A DNA stretch of 63,902 nt, filler included, from Octopus bimaculoides (GCF_001194135.2; 6 parts of 6 records of this genome joined end to end with filler, not necessarily neighbours in it); one strand, 5' to 3'; positions 12,271 to 25,037 are shown, counted from the whole stretch's first letter. The notes: generated from the letters alone by a model not told the origin. Made by a program: numbers and translations.

Positions 12271-12724
12271 GATGTGTTTAAATGTACACTGTATTTTATA
12301 TGTATATACATATATATATATATATATATANNNNNNNNNNNNNNNNNNNNNNNNNNNNNNNNNNNNNNNNNNNNNNNNNNNNNNNNNNNNNNNNNNNNNN
12401 NNNNNNNNNNNNNNNNNNNNNNNNNNNNNNNNNNNNNNNNNNNNNNNNNNNNNNNNNNNNNNNNNNNNNNNNNNNNNNNNNNNNNNNNNNNNNNNNNNNN
12501 NNNNNNNNNNNNNNNNNNNNNNNNNNNNNNNNNNNNNNNNNNNNNNNNNNNNNNNNNNNNNNNNNNNNNNNNNNNNNNNNNNNNNNNNNNNNNNNNNNNN
12601 NNNNNNNNNNNNNNNNGCTCTTCCGATCTATATATATATGTATATGAAGTATATGCTCACACATACACACCTAAAATAGATTGAATTGATAGACAGATAC
12701 ATAGAGAGAAAGAGAGTAAGAGAC

Positions 12725-12761
<37 letters not shown>

Positions 12762-12789
12762 TAGGCAGAGATACACACACATGAATTTT

Positions 12790-12938
12790 TTTTATTCTAG
12801 CTGAAAGCTAAATTATTTACAAGAGATCTTTTCATTTCATCTTATGCATCGTTAGAGTAAATTGGATTTTCACCAACAATTCATAAGATGAAATGATAGA
12901 TCTTTCATATATAATTTAGCTTTCAGCTAAAATCAAAA
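12790..12938. mobile_element. ~150-bp palindromic MITE-like element
   Basis: Arms 12790-12846 and 12882-12938 (TAGCTGAAAGCTAAATTAT..AGATCT..CATTTCATCTTATG) are imperfect inverted copies. Confidence 0.7.
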
Positions 12939-13546
12939 TTTATATATCACACTCTACTTTGTTATAAACTGCTATTGAGGTCCTTTTTTCAAAGCTGAGA
13001 ATATTTCTTCTAATGATTAAACATAGTTTCTTATATATATCTATATCTATATATAAGTGTGTGCGCATGTATATACATGTGTTTTTTCTTTTATGTGTGT
13101 GTGTCTGTCTTTCTGTCTATGTGTGTGTATGTGTGTGCATATATATATANNNNNNNNNNNNNNNNNNNNNNNNNNNNNNNNNNNNNNNNNNNNNNNNNNN
13201 NNNNNNNNNNNNNNNNNNNNNNNNNNNNNNNNNNNNNNNNNNNNNNNNNNNNNNNNNNNNNNNNNNNNNNNNNNNNNNNNNNNNNNNNNNNNNNNNNNNN
13301 NNNNNNNNNNNNNNNNNNNNNNNNNNNNNNNNNNNNNNNNNNNNNNNNNNNNNNNNNNNNNNNNNNNNNNNNNNNNNNNNNNNNNNNNNNNNNNNNNNNN
13401 NNNNNNNNNNNNNNNNNNNNNNNNNNNNNNNNNNNNNNNNNNNNNNNNNNNNNNNNNNNNNNNNNNNNNNNNNNNNNNNNNNNNNNNNNNNNNNNNNNNN
13501 NNNNNNNNNNNNNNNNNNNNNNNNNNNNNNNNNNNNNNNNNNNNNN

Positions 13547-13566
13547 AAAGAAACCCATCGTATATA

Positions 13567-13619
<53 letters not shown>

Positions 13620-13830
13620 GTATAAATTTGTGCATCTGTGTTTGTCCCCCCAACATCACTTGACAACTGATGCTGGTGTGTTTACGTCCCCGTAACTTAG
13701 CAGTTTGGCAAAGGAGACCGATAGAATCAGTACTAGGCTTACAAAGAATAAGTCCTAGGGGTCGATTTGCTCGACTAAAGGTGGTGCTCCAGCATGGCCA
13801 CAGTCAAATGACTGAAACAAGTAAAAGAGA
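13547..13830 (+). mobile_element. SINE family A, 3' half (5' in gap)
   Basis: Microsatellite, body and full tail. Confidence 0.85.
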
Positions 13831-14204
13831 TATTATTAATAAGGATTTTCAAATAATACTGCTTAGAATTTGAATCAATCTTTCTGAAAGGCCAGAAGTA
13901 AAGATTATTTGCATTGCTTTTGAAGGTTCTAAATTCCAACTTTAATTTAATTTAATTTTATAATCTACTATATATGCTATGGCAAAATAGATAAACTAAA
14001 TAAATGAATAAATAAATAGATAAATAAATGGATGAATACAGAGTCTCTACCTTACTGTCAAGAACCATTTTGACTTATTCGGTAGCATTGATTCCAGTGT
14101 TTTTCAGATATATTTGTGCATATATCTGTATTGAGTTGTGTCGCTTCACATCAAAAAGTAACTTTACTATTCAATAAATGTAATATATATATATATATAT
14201 ATAT

Positions 14205-14378
14205 ATAAATACGACAGGTTTCTTTCAGTTTCTGTCTACTAAATCCACTCACAAGGCTTTGGCCAGCCCGAGGCTATAGTAGAAGACACTTGCCCAAGGT
14301 GCCATGTAGTGGGAATGAACCCAGAACCATGTGGCTGGTAAGCTAGCTACTTACCACACAGCCACTCCTGCGCCTATA
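14205..14378 (-). mobile_element. SINE family A, 5' half
   Basis: Reverse-complement head and CORE-like block ending in (TA)n. Confidence 0.85.
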
Positions 14379-15294
14379 GCATAAAAAGTATAAAGTATCC
14401 ATATTTTGCAGAAAAATCTGTTTGCGGCTAGCCACGAGATTCAAACACACATCCCTGTAATTATGCATCAAGTGTTTTACCATTAAGCTAAACTGCCCGA
14501 ACAACAGATTCTTCTGCAAATTTAGGACATATAAATCTCGTCAGTTTGCGGATTGATTCATTTGACCGAACCACTTCCTTATAAATTTCTAACAATGTAA
14601 TACATCTTTATTATTTATATTAATAGCACTCAACACAAAACTGAGCTGTGGGATTCCTGTCTACCATATTCATAGCAACAATGAATGTAAATATTCTCAT
14701 TATTTTTAATGTAGTTAAATTACACCATGAAATTGTGTGGCGTTGTGGTTAGGGAGTTGCACTCATGATAATTAGATTGTGGGTTTCAATTTCAGGCTAA
14801 TGTAAAGTGTTTTGTTTTATATTATTCTAATTCACTTAGATAAAATTAAGTATCAGCAACAGGGTTGACCCTTCTATGGACTGAAGTCCTATTCCGAATT
14901 TGCCTTGAAAATTCAAATGAACTTCTGACTTCAAAAATCTGTAGACTTGAAGGGAACTTTCCAAAAGCACATAGGACCAATGTACCCAGAGTTCCTTTCA
15001 AAGTGACAAATAAAATTCATTGTAATGGAGAGGAGTCAATACACTTGAGGAAATGGAATAACAACAAATGAAATAAAAATAACTCTAATTTCAAGAGAAT
15101 GGCAATACTCAATAGATCTAGGTTATATATATAAATATAAAAAGTTAATATGATTTGTCTTTAAAAGGTGAACAGTAGATATTCTTGACTTTCTGATATT
15201 AATGGATCCACTTCACATAATAAAACAATTGGAATAACTTCAAGAAAATGTCAAAGCATTGAAAAGGTCAAACTGAAAAGATGCTTTGTACACA

Positions 15295-15665
15295 ATTATT
15301 ATTAATTTGTCTGATTTTGTTGACGATGACCAAGGACATCGTATGGGAGAAGACAAAGCACAGTGTGTCTGGCTGTGGTCAATCAGTCTGGTGCATCCTC
15401 AGAAGGATCTGCCACAATTTGGGAACTGATAATCTGTTGGAATTGAAGGCAAGGATTTGACTCTGGACTTGCATAATTCATGTTTTCTTTGTGCTCTTGC
15501 GATCCTCATTTATTCATAGAAAGTGGCATCATTGTTGGTGCATCTTTACCAGGTATGGCAATCTTCTGCTTGCATTTCTCAGGTGTTGAGGTTGATCTCA
15601 AAGCTCTTCAGTGAGGCTTTGAGTGCACCCTTGAAGTGCACAACTGAAACAAGTCTTGCAACCTT
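15295..15665 (-). mobile_element. RTE-clade LINE 3' end, degenerate
   Basis: Minus strand HFKGALKASLKSFEINLNT*EMQAEDCHTW...QRKHELCKSR...FPNCGRSF*GCTRLIDHSQTH, matching the RTE C-terminus with a C2H2-like knuckle; short 3' UTR and AAT tail. Confidence 0.8.
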
Positions 15666-16200
15666 TATCATAGTACACATGGGTACACAGATAAAATGAA
15701 CAGGATCCTATACTTATGCTGATTATATTCAATACAATGTGTCAACAAAACTATTCTACAGTGCTAACACTGCTTATAGCAGTTCTTGAGATATCTTGTC
15801 CACGGACAAACAAACAAACAAACATGACTGAAAACAATACCTCTGCCTTCACTAAGGGGGAGGTAATAAACCATAAAATATATCTTTATTTTTCAAAACG
15901 AAACAAAACTAACAATAAGATGGAAAATAATGTTTATTTTTGTATACTTCCACTTTATCTATATTTAAAAAGTTATATCCTTCTTTTTTTAATTGCAAAG
16001 TCTTTGATCAAATCCTGACTATGACACTATCAATTCTACAAAATTATATTTACTATCATATAAACCATTTTGAATATTATTTTACTAAGTTTAAAATCAT
16101 TTATCATTTCTGTGGTGCCTCTTCTTCTCTTGATGCCCAAAGCCCCTGCTTATTTTGCTTAATGATTAATCCAGTACTGCTAAGATCGCACCATCTGATT

Positions 16201-16901
16201 CCATGATTCTCAACAGGGTCCATGTGGCCCTTGAGGATCCATTCAAGATTTTGTGTTTAAAATCTATGCTCAATAAAATTGTTTATACTTCTAGAATACA
16301 TAAAATATTTCAACAATTTTCCATACAATTCCTAATAATATTTAATAACGAAAATATAATCTGATATTTTTAAACATCAAATGGCTAGGAGGGTCCATCT
16401 GAGCAAAATAGAAATCAAAGGGGTCACCATCATCATCATCATCATCGTCGTCGTCGTTTAACGTCCGTTTTCCATGCTGGCATGGGTTGGATGGTTTGAC
16501 TGAGGGCTGGCAAGCCAGAAGGTTGTACCGAGCTCCAGTCTGATCTGGCTAGGTTTCTACAGCTGGATGCCCTTACTAATGCCAACCACTCTGAGAGTGT
16601 AGTGGGTGCTTTTTACATGCCACTGGCATGGGAGCCAGTCAAGTGGCACTGGCAATGATCATGCTTGAATGGTGCTTTTTACATACCACCAGCACAGGAT
16701 CAATCAGGCAGCACTGGCATCGACCATGCTCGAATGGTGCTTTTTACGTGTCACCGGCATGGGAGCCAGTCAGGTGGCACTGGCATTGACCACATTTGAA
16801 TGGTGCTTTTTACGTGTCACTGGTACAGGTGCCAATTTGGTGGTACTGTCATCAGCCATGATAATGACTTCACTTGACTCGAGAGGTCTTGAGAAACACT
16901 G
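16201..16901. mobile_element. hAT-like MITE (related to 7761-8115) split by a nested insertion
   Basis: Left CCATGATTCTCAACAGGGTCCAT, right TTGAGAAACACTG; TSD only 5/8 matching. Confidence 0.55.
16427..16885 (-). mobile_element. RTE-like LINE 3' UTR (family C) with four ~65-bp tandem units
   Basis: (ATC)n tail, CTACAGCTGGATGCCCTT..GCCAACCACTC block, units starting GTGCTTTTTAC; same family as 31049-31620. Confidence 0.8.
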
Positions 16902-17514
16902 ATGTAATATACCCTTATATTTTCATATTTGAAGGGAGATTTGGTTGCTACTTTGAACAGATTGATTGATTATAGAGACACTTCTGCACGGATTCAAAAT
17001 TTAGCAGGCTGAGGAACTGTGTACAAATTTTTCTTTTTCATTTGATTGAAAACTTGTTTAATTATCATGATTGTGTGACGTCTATTTAAAGAGAAGACCA
17101 TACAAAGAGAAACAAGAAGTAAAAGAAACAACAGAAATTTCTTTTGATTTCTACATATAGAAAACACAAAGCTGGTAATACAATTAACCATTTTTTTTTT
17201 TAATTTGTAATTTTATTTTAAGTAGACATGGAAATATCACTTCTAGCACAAAAATGAAAAAAACCCGTTTTGCAACAATTTATAGAATATAAAAATTTCA
17301 AAACTGTAATAATTGTATATAGAGAAGAGACAATAACATTTGCTAAGGAGAAAATTTAATTTATAGTTAGGATGCTAAGAAAATGTAATGTGGTTTCAAG
17401 ATTTTGTACATCAGATCTTGTATTCTTGTTTCAGCATGATTATAGAAATATTTTTTTTTTTTGCTGATAATTGAATATTTTCCAGTTCCTAGTAAAACAT
17501 CATGTGATCATGTG

Positions 17515-17790
17515 ATCAACCAGACGATCAGATGTTGCTATACATCGCTGGTCACAATACACTTTGCATCATTTTAGCTTTCGGATGATGTCACATCAGC
17601 GGCTAGACAAGCAGACCAATATTCCCCCTGGTTGGAGGGCTGGTCTATCACAGGGTTACCCATTTACAGCTAAGTGGACTGTAGCATTGTAAAATGAAGC
17701 GTTTTGCTCAAGAACACATTGCACAACAGGTCTGGGAATTGAACCTACAATCTCATGATTGAGACTACAACACACCTAACCACTCAGCCA
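17515..17790 (-). mobile_element. SINE family E variant
   Basis: Reverse-strand tRNA head, TTGAGCAAAAC block, and tail shared with 26605-26885. Confidence 0.7.
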
Positions 17791-18344
17791 CAAAAGTAAC
17801 AAAAAAAAATATTTTGAAACATCTTAGCAAGGGATTTTGGAAACCCCTCAGCCAAAGAGGAAATTTTACCCATGGGGTTGGGGGATTAAGAAATTCACTT
17901 TGCAACTTCATGGTTTTATGTTCAATACTCTTGCGTGGTACCAAGAACAATTGTTCTCTCCTATTGCTTCAGGTTGAAGCAATAGAAATGTTCTGTGAAT
18001 GAAATTTAATAGACAGAACTGTAAGAACGACTTGTCTGTGTGTGAGTGTGTGTACATGTGTCAGTTTGTGTGCACATGAGTGCACATGTGGGGTGGATGT
18101 TTGCGTTTTGTCTAAGTGTCTTTTGTTCAAGAACAATGCACACAGGGCTAAAATGCTTATGCCGTGCAAAAATAAAAACGTCCAGCATCTTGACAATTCT
18201 TGGCAGTTCTTAGCAGTTCTTGGCAGTATGTGAAAATGTGGAATAAAGTACATCACTTAATAACAAGCAAGGCTGACATCACAATGAACACCCAGCTCAT
18301 GAAGACTCATTGAACCAACATCAACATAACAGATGTAAAAACGA

Positions 18345-18425
18345 TGATGGTGGTGGTGGTGGTGGCGGTGGTGGCGGCGGCGTCAGCGGCGTCGGCGGCG
18401 TCGGCGGCGGTGGTGGTGGCGGTAA
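18345..18425. repeat. (GGT/GGC)n microsatellite
   Basis: Direct reading; source of the poly-Gly ORF. Confidence 0.9.
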
Positions 18426-18514
18426 GGACAATGATGTCAATGACCTACTGACAAAGTCTCTAAAAGGGGGCAGTCATATAAATTGGCAAAGTTTAAGAGC
18501 CATTCTTCTTTTCA

Positions 18515-18660
18515 GGCATGGCCATGTGGTAAGACGTTTGCTTCCCAACCACATGGCTGCAGGTTCAGTCCCACCGTGTGGTATCTTGGGTAAGTAAGTG
18601 TCTTCTACTATAGCCTTGGGCTGACCAAAGCCTTATGAGGGGATTCCATAGAAAGAAACT
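18515..18660 (+). mobile_element. SINE family A, 5' half running into a gap
   Basis: A/B boxes and CORE-like block. Confidence 0.8.
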
Positions 18661-19306
18661 NNNNNNNNNNNNNNNNNNNNNNNNNNNNNNNNNNNNNNNN
18701 NNNNNNNNNNNNNNNNNNNNNNNNNNNNNNNNNNNNNNNNNNNNNNNNNNNNNNNNNNNNNNNNNNNNNNNNNNNNNNNNNNNNNNNNNNNNNNNNNNNN
18801 NNNNNNNNNNNNNNNNNNNNNNNNNNNNNNNNNNNNNNNNNNNNNNNNNNNNNNNNNNNNNNNNNNNNNNNNNNNNNNNNNNNNNNNNNNNNNNNNNNNN
18901 NNNNNNNNNNNNNNNNNNNNNNNNNNNNNNNNNNNNNNNNNNNNNNNNNNNNNNNNNNNNNNNNNNNNNNNNNNNNNNNNNNNNNNNNNNNNNNNNNNNN
19001 NNNNNNNNNNNNNNNNNNNNNNNNNNNNNNNNNNNNNNNNNNNNNNNNNNNNNNNNNNNNNNNNNNNNNNNNNNNNNNNNNNNNNNNNNNNNNNNNNNNN
19101 NNNNNNNNNNNNNNNNNNNNNNNNNNNNNNNNNNNNNNNNNNNNNNNNNNNNNNNNNNNNNNNNNNNNNNNNNNNNNNNNNNNNNNNNNNNNNNNNNNNN
19201 NNNNNNNNNNNNNNNNNNNNNNNNNNNNNNNNNNNNNNNNNNNNNNNNNNNNNNNNNNNNNNNNNNNNNNNNNNNNNNNNNNNNNNNNNNNNNNNNNNNN
19301 NNNNNN

Positions 19307-19990
19307 GATCAATAGGTATCCAAACTGTTGCCATAGTAACGAAGCTAAAGCATGCAGAGTGAAGCCACTTGACACTCTTGAACTCTACTGTGCATGTGGA
19401 CTAAGTTTTGACATTCTATTCACTTCTGCAATTTACAGCAGTGCTTGGAAGGAAGTGTGTAGCGTGCGATCGTCGCACTTACCATGACAAGGAAAGTTGT
19501 CATGGCCATACCTGCTCAGAGGCTTATGCAAAGTTGCAGAAAGTGTATAGAGAGGAGTGAAGGAGCTGCACACAAGTGTACGAGGGGTTCAGATGTATCC
19601 AAGATGGCTGAAAAAATGTTGATAGTGACGAACGTTCTGGGAGACCCGCAACCAGCAGAACTGAGAAAAACATTGCAGATGTGTATGTAGCTGTGAGAGG
19701 AAATCATTGAATCACCATCCGTAGGTTATCAGAGGATGTGCAGGTTAGTTATGGTTCAGTTCAGTCCATTATCACTGAAGATTTGGGTATGAGATGTATG
19801 TCTACCAAATNNNNNNNNNNGTTAGTTATGGTTCAGTTCAGTCCATTATCACTGAAGATTTGAGTATGAGACGCATGTCTGCCAAATTTGTGCCAAAACT
19901 GCTTTCAGCTGACCAAAATGGCACTCAAGTTTCACCTGCACAAGACCTCCTTGATTGTGTTGAGAATAATGAAAACTTTTTGAAAAATTT
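19307..19990 (+). pseudogene. Mariner transposase N-terminal fragment with 5' UTR
   Basis: GHTCSEAYAKLQKVY...DSDERSGRPATSRTEKNIADV...ITIRRLSEDVQVSYGSVQSIITEDL.MR.MSAKFVPKLLS (HTH region, RSGRP motif, WVPxxL-type linker); stops and frameshifts; interrupted by a SINE at 19992. Confidence 0.9.
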
Positions 19991-19991
19991 G

Positions 19992-20149
19992 CATAGGCGT
20001 AGGACTGGCTGTGTGGTAAGTAGCTTGCTTAACAACCACAGGGTTCAGTGACACCTTGGGTAAGTGCCTTCTACTATAGCCTCGGGCCAACCAAACCCTT
20101 GTGAGTGGATTTGGCAGATGGAAACTGAAAGAAGGCCATCGTATATTTT

Positions 20150-20191
<42 letters not shown>

Positions 20192-20396
20192 CATGTATAT
20201 GTTTATGTGTCTGTGTTTGTCCCCCCAACATCACTTGACAATTGATGCTGGTGTGTTTACGTCCCCATAAGTTTGTGGTTCACCAAAAGAGACCGATAGA
20301 ATAAGTATTGGGCTTACAAAGAATAAGTCCTGAGGCTGATTTGCTCGACTAAAGATGGTGCTCCAGCATGGCCACAGTCAAATGACNNNNNNNNNN

Positions 20397-20433
<37 letters not shown>

Positions 20434-20645
20434 GCATGTGTGTATGTATTTGTGTCTGTGTTTGTCTCCCCACCATCGCTTGACAAGTGATACTGGTGCA
20501 TTTACATCCCCATAACCTAGTGGCTCAGCAAAAGAGACCGATAGAATAAGTACTAGGCTTACAAAGAATAAGTCCTGTGATCAATTTGTTCGACTAAAGA
20601 CGGTGCTCCAGCATGGCCACAGTCAAATGACTGAAACAAGTATAT
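19992..20645 (+). mobile_element. SINE family A, full copy plus second 3' half across a 10-N gap
   Basis: Head at 19992, tail at ~20385; 3' half repeated at 20400-20645. Confidence 0.85.
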
Positions 20646-20699
20646 ATATATATACATATTTATACATACATATATATATATATAAGGAGAGAGAGTATA

Positions 20700-20782
<83 letters not shown>

Positions 20783-21699
20783 TTATAACACAAGGAGTAA
20801 AAGGTATATATGTATATATATATATTCATGTGTGCTTATCTTTCTGTCTCTGTAACTGAACCATTTAAGGAATATTCAATTTCACAAACGTATGCGACTG
20901 CATTAAAAAGTGTTTGGTAAACATTATTAATGCTATTAGAATGTGTTTAGAAGCAATTAGAAATGGTTTGAGATTATACATATTTACTCATGAAACTTGG
21001 TAAATGTGCTGTATGATACAGCCACCTTATGTAATCTCCAACAGTTTAAATGAAAAGAAAGATATTTAGTAATTACGCCTCGTTTTCTCTCCTTACACTA
21101 TTAAAAATAAATATCTATGCATTTATGTAGGTGAGTTTACAGAGCAACATGCCCTGTAAACATCTTTAAAATGTCTCTACTTTTAGCTCTGTATGTTTCT
21201 AAATTAATTGAGAGAAATGAATGAATTTTTAAAACTGCTTATATTCTTAAAAGCTAATGAATGTTGCACAGTTCTTCATCAGTGAGAAATAGATAAGCTG
21301 ATAACTGCAATAATGATTTCATTGATTTTTCACGAGATGCAATGCTCATCTCACACTCACACACCCTCAAACATGTAATCAGCTTGTCATTTCATGACCC
21401 ACAGCAGTTTTAAGAGGAAATCAACGAAATTTTCATTAACAGCAGCATATATTCCCTTTAAACATTGTTGACCTCCAATCACATATCACTTTCCGACCAC
21501 ATTGCAAAGGAATGTCATTCGCTACACTTCTGGCTCCATTGAGATAGCTTTAAATATTCATTGCTTGGATCTATTTATATGAACTAATATGTTTCTTATG
21601 CCTTTTAAAGCTCTGAATCATTATGCTAATTCAGAATTATTTCTTTCTTCAAAATGCTTAATTTTCTTTTACTTAAAATTTACTAATGATTTACATATA

Positions 21700-21856
21700 G
21701 GTGCAGGAATGGCTGTGTAGTAAGTAGCTTGCTTCCTAATCACATGGTTCTGGGTTCAGTCCCACTGCATGGCACCTTGGGCATGTGTCTTCTACTATAG
21801 CCCCAGGCCGACCAAAGCCTTGTGAGTGGATTTGGTAGATGGAAACTGAAAGAAGC
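21700..21856 (+). mobile_element. SINE family A, 5' half
   Basis: A/B boxes, CACCTTGGGCATGTGTC, body to GGAAACTGAAAGAAG. Confidence 0.85.
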
Positions 21857-22087
21857 TCGGCAAGCTGGCAGAAACGTTAGCACGCTAGGCAAAATGCTTA
21901 ACGGTATTTCATCTGCCACTATGTTCTGAGTTCAAATTCCGTCGAGGTCGACTTTGCCTTTCATCCTTTCAGGTTTGATAAATTAAGTACCAGTTTCGCA
22001 CTTGGGTCGATCTAATCGACTTAATCCTTTTGTCTGTCCTTGTTTGTCCTCTCTATGTTTAGCCCCTTGTGGGCAATAAAGAAATAT
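21857..22087 (+). mobile_element. SINE family B nested in family A
   Basis: tRNA-like head (CTGGCAGAAACGTTAGC..GAGTTCAAATTCC), domain GACTTTGCCTTTCATCCTTTC..GATAAATTAAGTACCAG (resembles from memory the Meta domain); TSD GAAACTGAAAGAA at 21842-21854 and 22088-22100. Confidence 0.85.
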
Positions 22088-23084
22088 GAAACTGAAAGAA
22101 NNNNNNNNNNNNNNNNNNNNNNNNNNNNNNNNNNNNNNNNNNNNNNNNNNNNNNNNNNNNNNNNNNNNNNNNNNNNNNNNNNNNNNNNNNNNNNNNNNNN
22201 NNNNNNNNNNNNNNNNNNNNNNNNNNNNNNNNNNNNNNNNNNNNNNNNNNNNNNNNNNNNNNNNNNNNNNNNNNNNNNNNNNNNNNNNNNNNNNNNNNNN
22301 NNNNNNNNNNNNNNNNNNNNNGAGAGAATAAACAATTGACAAACATCAGCCAGTAAACATTCAATTATATCTATTTATTAATTGATTACAAACATATGTG
22401 TAAGTGATATAAGTAAACGAATGAAATAAGCCAACAAATACATAAACGGATATATATATATAGAAATAAATGAATAATAATAGATGAGTGTACAGATACT
22501 AAACTCTTACAGCCGTTTCTACTTTGAGGCATCCAAATCTTCCAATCTATCCTCATCATGTCAGTGATATACAGGAATGAACAAACATTGGACAGGGATT
22601 GGACAATGGTTGAGGCGCAAGGCTTCTTCAGAGAGTCCAAATGTTAGGAAACTAACATGTGGGAAAGTAAGTTAAAAGATTAGAGTAGGATAAAATAAAA
22701 ATAAAATAAAATAAAAATAATGTAATAGACATAGTAAGGAATGGTAAGAACTTCATTTTAAGGTATTATTATAATCTATGGTATTCCATCCTGTGGTAAG
22801 TAAATAAAGTTACTCTCAGGAGAAATTTCTGCAGGCTGCAGTTTGCATCATGTTTCCATTATACTGGGGGAAATAGCAAAGGTAGTATGTTATGTGGTGA
22901 GTTTCTTATTTGCCTTATAAATCCTGAGTAAATTTCTAATTTACCCCCTACCAATAACTAGTATTCAATTGCGATATTGCCATGCAATAGTAAGCACTTG
23001 GTTATAAATACATAGGTACACATCCGGTAGTATATTGGATATTTAATATCCCTTAGATGGTTACTTAACCTCTAACTCATACAG

Positions 23085-23505
23085 ACATATATATATGTGT
23101 GTGTGTGTGTGTGTGTTTGTCCCCCCACCATTGCTTGGCAACTGATGTTGGTGTGTTTATGTTCCTGTAACTTAGCAGTTCAGCAACAGAGACAAATAGA
23201 ATAAGTACTAGGCTTACAAAGAATAAGTCCTGGAGTTGATTTGTTTGACTAAAGACGGTGCTCCAGCATGGCCACAGTCAAAGGACTGAAACAAATAAAC
23301 AAATGAAAGAATAACCATTCAATAGCTGTATTTCTTAACCCTTATAGGTACAGGTGTGGCTGTCTGGTAAGTAGCTTACTTACAAACCACATGGTTCAGG
23401 GTTCAGTCCCAATGCATGGAACCTTGGGCAAGTGTCTGCTACTTTAGCTTCAGGCTGACCAAAGCCTTGTGAGTGGATTTGGTAGATGGAAACTGAAAGA
23501 AGCTG
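23085..23505 (+). mobile_element. SINE family A: 3' half (23085-23310) then 5' half (23345-23505)
   Basis: Both halves align to the family consensus. Confidence 0.8.
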
Positions 23506-23531
23506 TTAAATCAGAAAATTCAGAAAAAAAT

Positions 23532-23773
23532 GTGTATAAGGGATGACCACTAGGTGGACATCCAATATGCTAGAAAGAGGTCATCAACGACCCAACCACA
23601 AAGAAAAATAATGTTCTCCAGAAAAATTTCTTTGTGGTTGGGTCGTTGATGACCTCTTTCTAGCATATTGGATGTCCACCTANNNNNNNNNNGAAAAATT
23701 TGTTTGTGGTTGGGTCGTTGATGACCTCTTTCTAGCATATTGGATGTCCACCTAGTGGTCATCCCTTATACAC
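23532..23773. mobile_element. Fold-back tail element, family G
   Basis: GTGTATAAGGGATGACCACTAGGTGGACATCC..CAAAGAAA followed by its near-perfect inverse; right arm duplicated across a 10-N gap. Confidence 0.75.
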
Positions 23774-23774
23774 G

Positions 23775-23806
<32 letters not shown>

Positions 23807-24284
23807 TTTTAGTAAAGGATGTAAATATTGGTGAGAAACTAATGATCCTCAAACAAAGTTGCAAAGTCCTTTGCATGTAAGAAGCCCTTTGAGTTAAAAG
23901 TTAAAGACAGTTCTTTGTCACTCTTGCTGTCAGAAATAATGCAAACCAATGATTTGGATGTTGGAAAATTGTAACCGATGGAGCGGTTGTTTACTTCACA
24001 AATTGTGAAATGAAATATAAATAAGATGAAATAAAATAAAATAATCAAGTATTATTTAATTCACACATTTCTTTAATTAATCACAAACTGTGTGATTCAG
24101 GTTTTGCATAATTCTTTCAAATTCGATTAATCATTTTATCTAAAACTGTATCACAAGACTCTTTTAGTTCAGTCATTTCTTTGTTTCTTTTTATTTTTAG
24201 CTTTTGTGTTGCGCCTGTTGTTTAGCCCTTGGTTGACTTTTATGTAGCGAACCTATTACCCAAACCATTCCTTTCATGACCATC

Positions 24285-24560
24285 CTACACACATATATAC
24301 GAAGGGCTTCTTTTCGTTTCCATCCACCAAATCCACTCACAAGACTTTGGTCAGCCCAAGGCTATGGTTTTTCAGTCAAGGCTGTGTGGTTAAGAAACTT
24401 GCTTTGTGACCACAGGGGTTCCAGGTTCAGTCCCACTGTATGGCACTCTGGGCAAATGTGTTCCCTTATAGCTAGCTCCTGGCCAACCAATGCTTTGAGA
24501 GTATATTTGGTAGATGGGAACTGTGTGAAACCATTGTATTTGTGTGTGCATGTGTATGTG
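24285..24560. mobile_element. Two SINE family A fragments, head to head
   Basis: 24285-24365 (-) and 24370-24560 (+). Confidence 0.65.
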
Positions 24561-24669
24561 TGTGTGTATGTGTGTGTGTATTTGTTTGTGTGTGTGGGTG
24601 TTTGTGTGTTGTGTTTTTGCCAAAAGTTTGGTGATACCTGCTTGGAGACCTCTTTTACTCTTTTACTCT

Positions 24670-24948
24670 TTTACTCGTTTAACATCCGCTTTCCATGTTA
24701 GCATGGGTTGGGCGATTTGACTGAGGACTGGTGAACCAGATGGCTGCACCAGGCTCCAATCTGATCAGGCAGAGTTTACTGCTGGATGCCCTTCCTAATG
24801 CCAACCACTCTGAGAGTGTAGTGGATGCTTTTACGTGCCACCGCCATGAGGGCCAGTCAGGTGGTACTGGCAATGGCCACACTCAAATGGTGTACTTTAC
24901 ATGCCACCTACACAGGAGCCAGTCCAGCGGCACTGGCAATGACCTCGC

Positions 24949-24950
<2 letters not shown>
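24670..24950 (-). mobile_element. RTE-like 3' UTR (family C), about two tandem units
   Basis: GCTGGATGCCCTTCCTAATGCCAACCACTC block and GCTTTTAC units. Confidence 0.8.

Positions 24951-25037
<87 letters not shown>

Noticed and set aside
19741-19890. 70-bp tandem duplication in mariner (also 23621-23742 and 20400-20645)
   Set aside because: Each straddles a 10-N gap, typical of unmerged contig overlaps.
24720-24750. CTGAGGA-stem in family C and GACTGAAAC in the family A tail as hammerheads
   Set aside because: Each has only half of the catalytic core.
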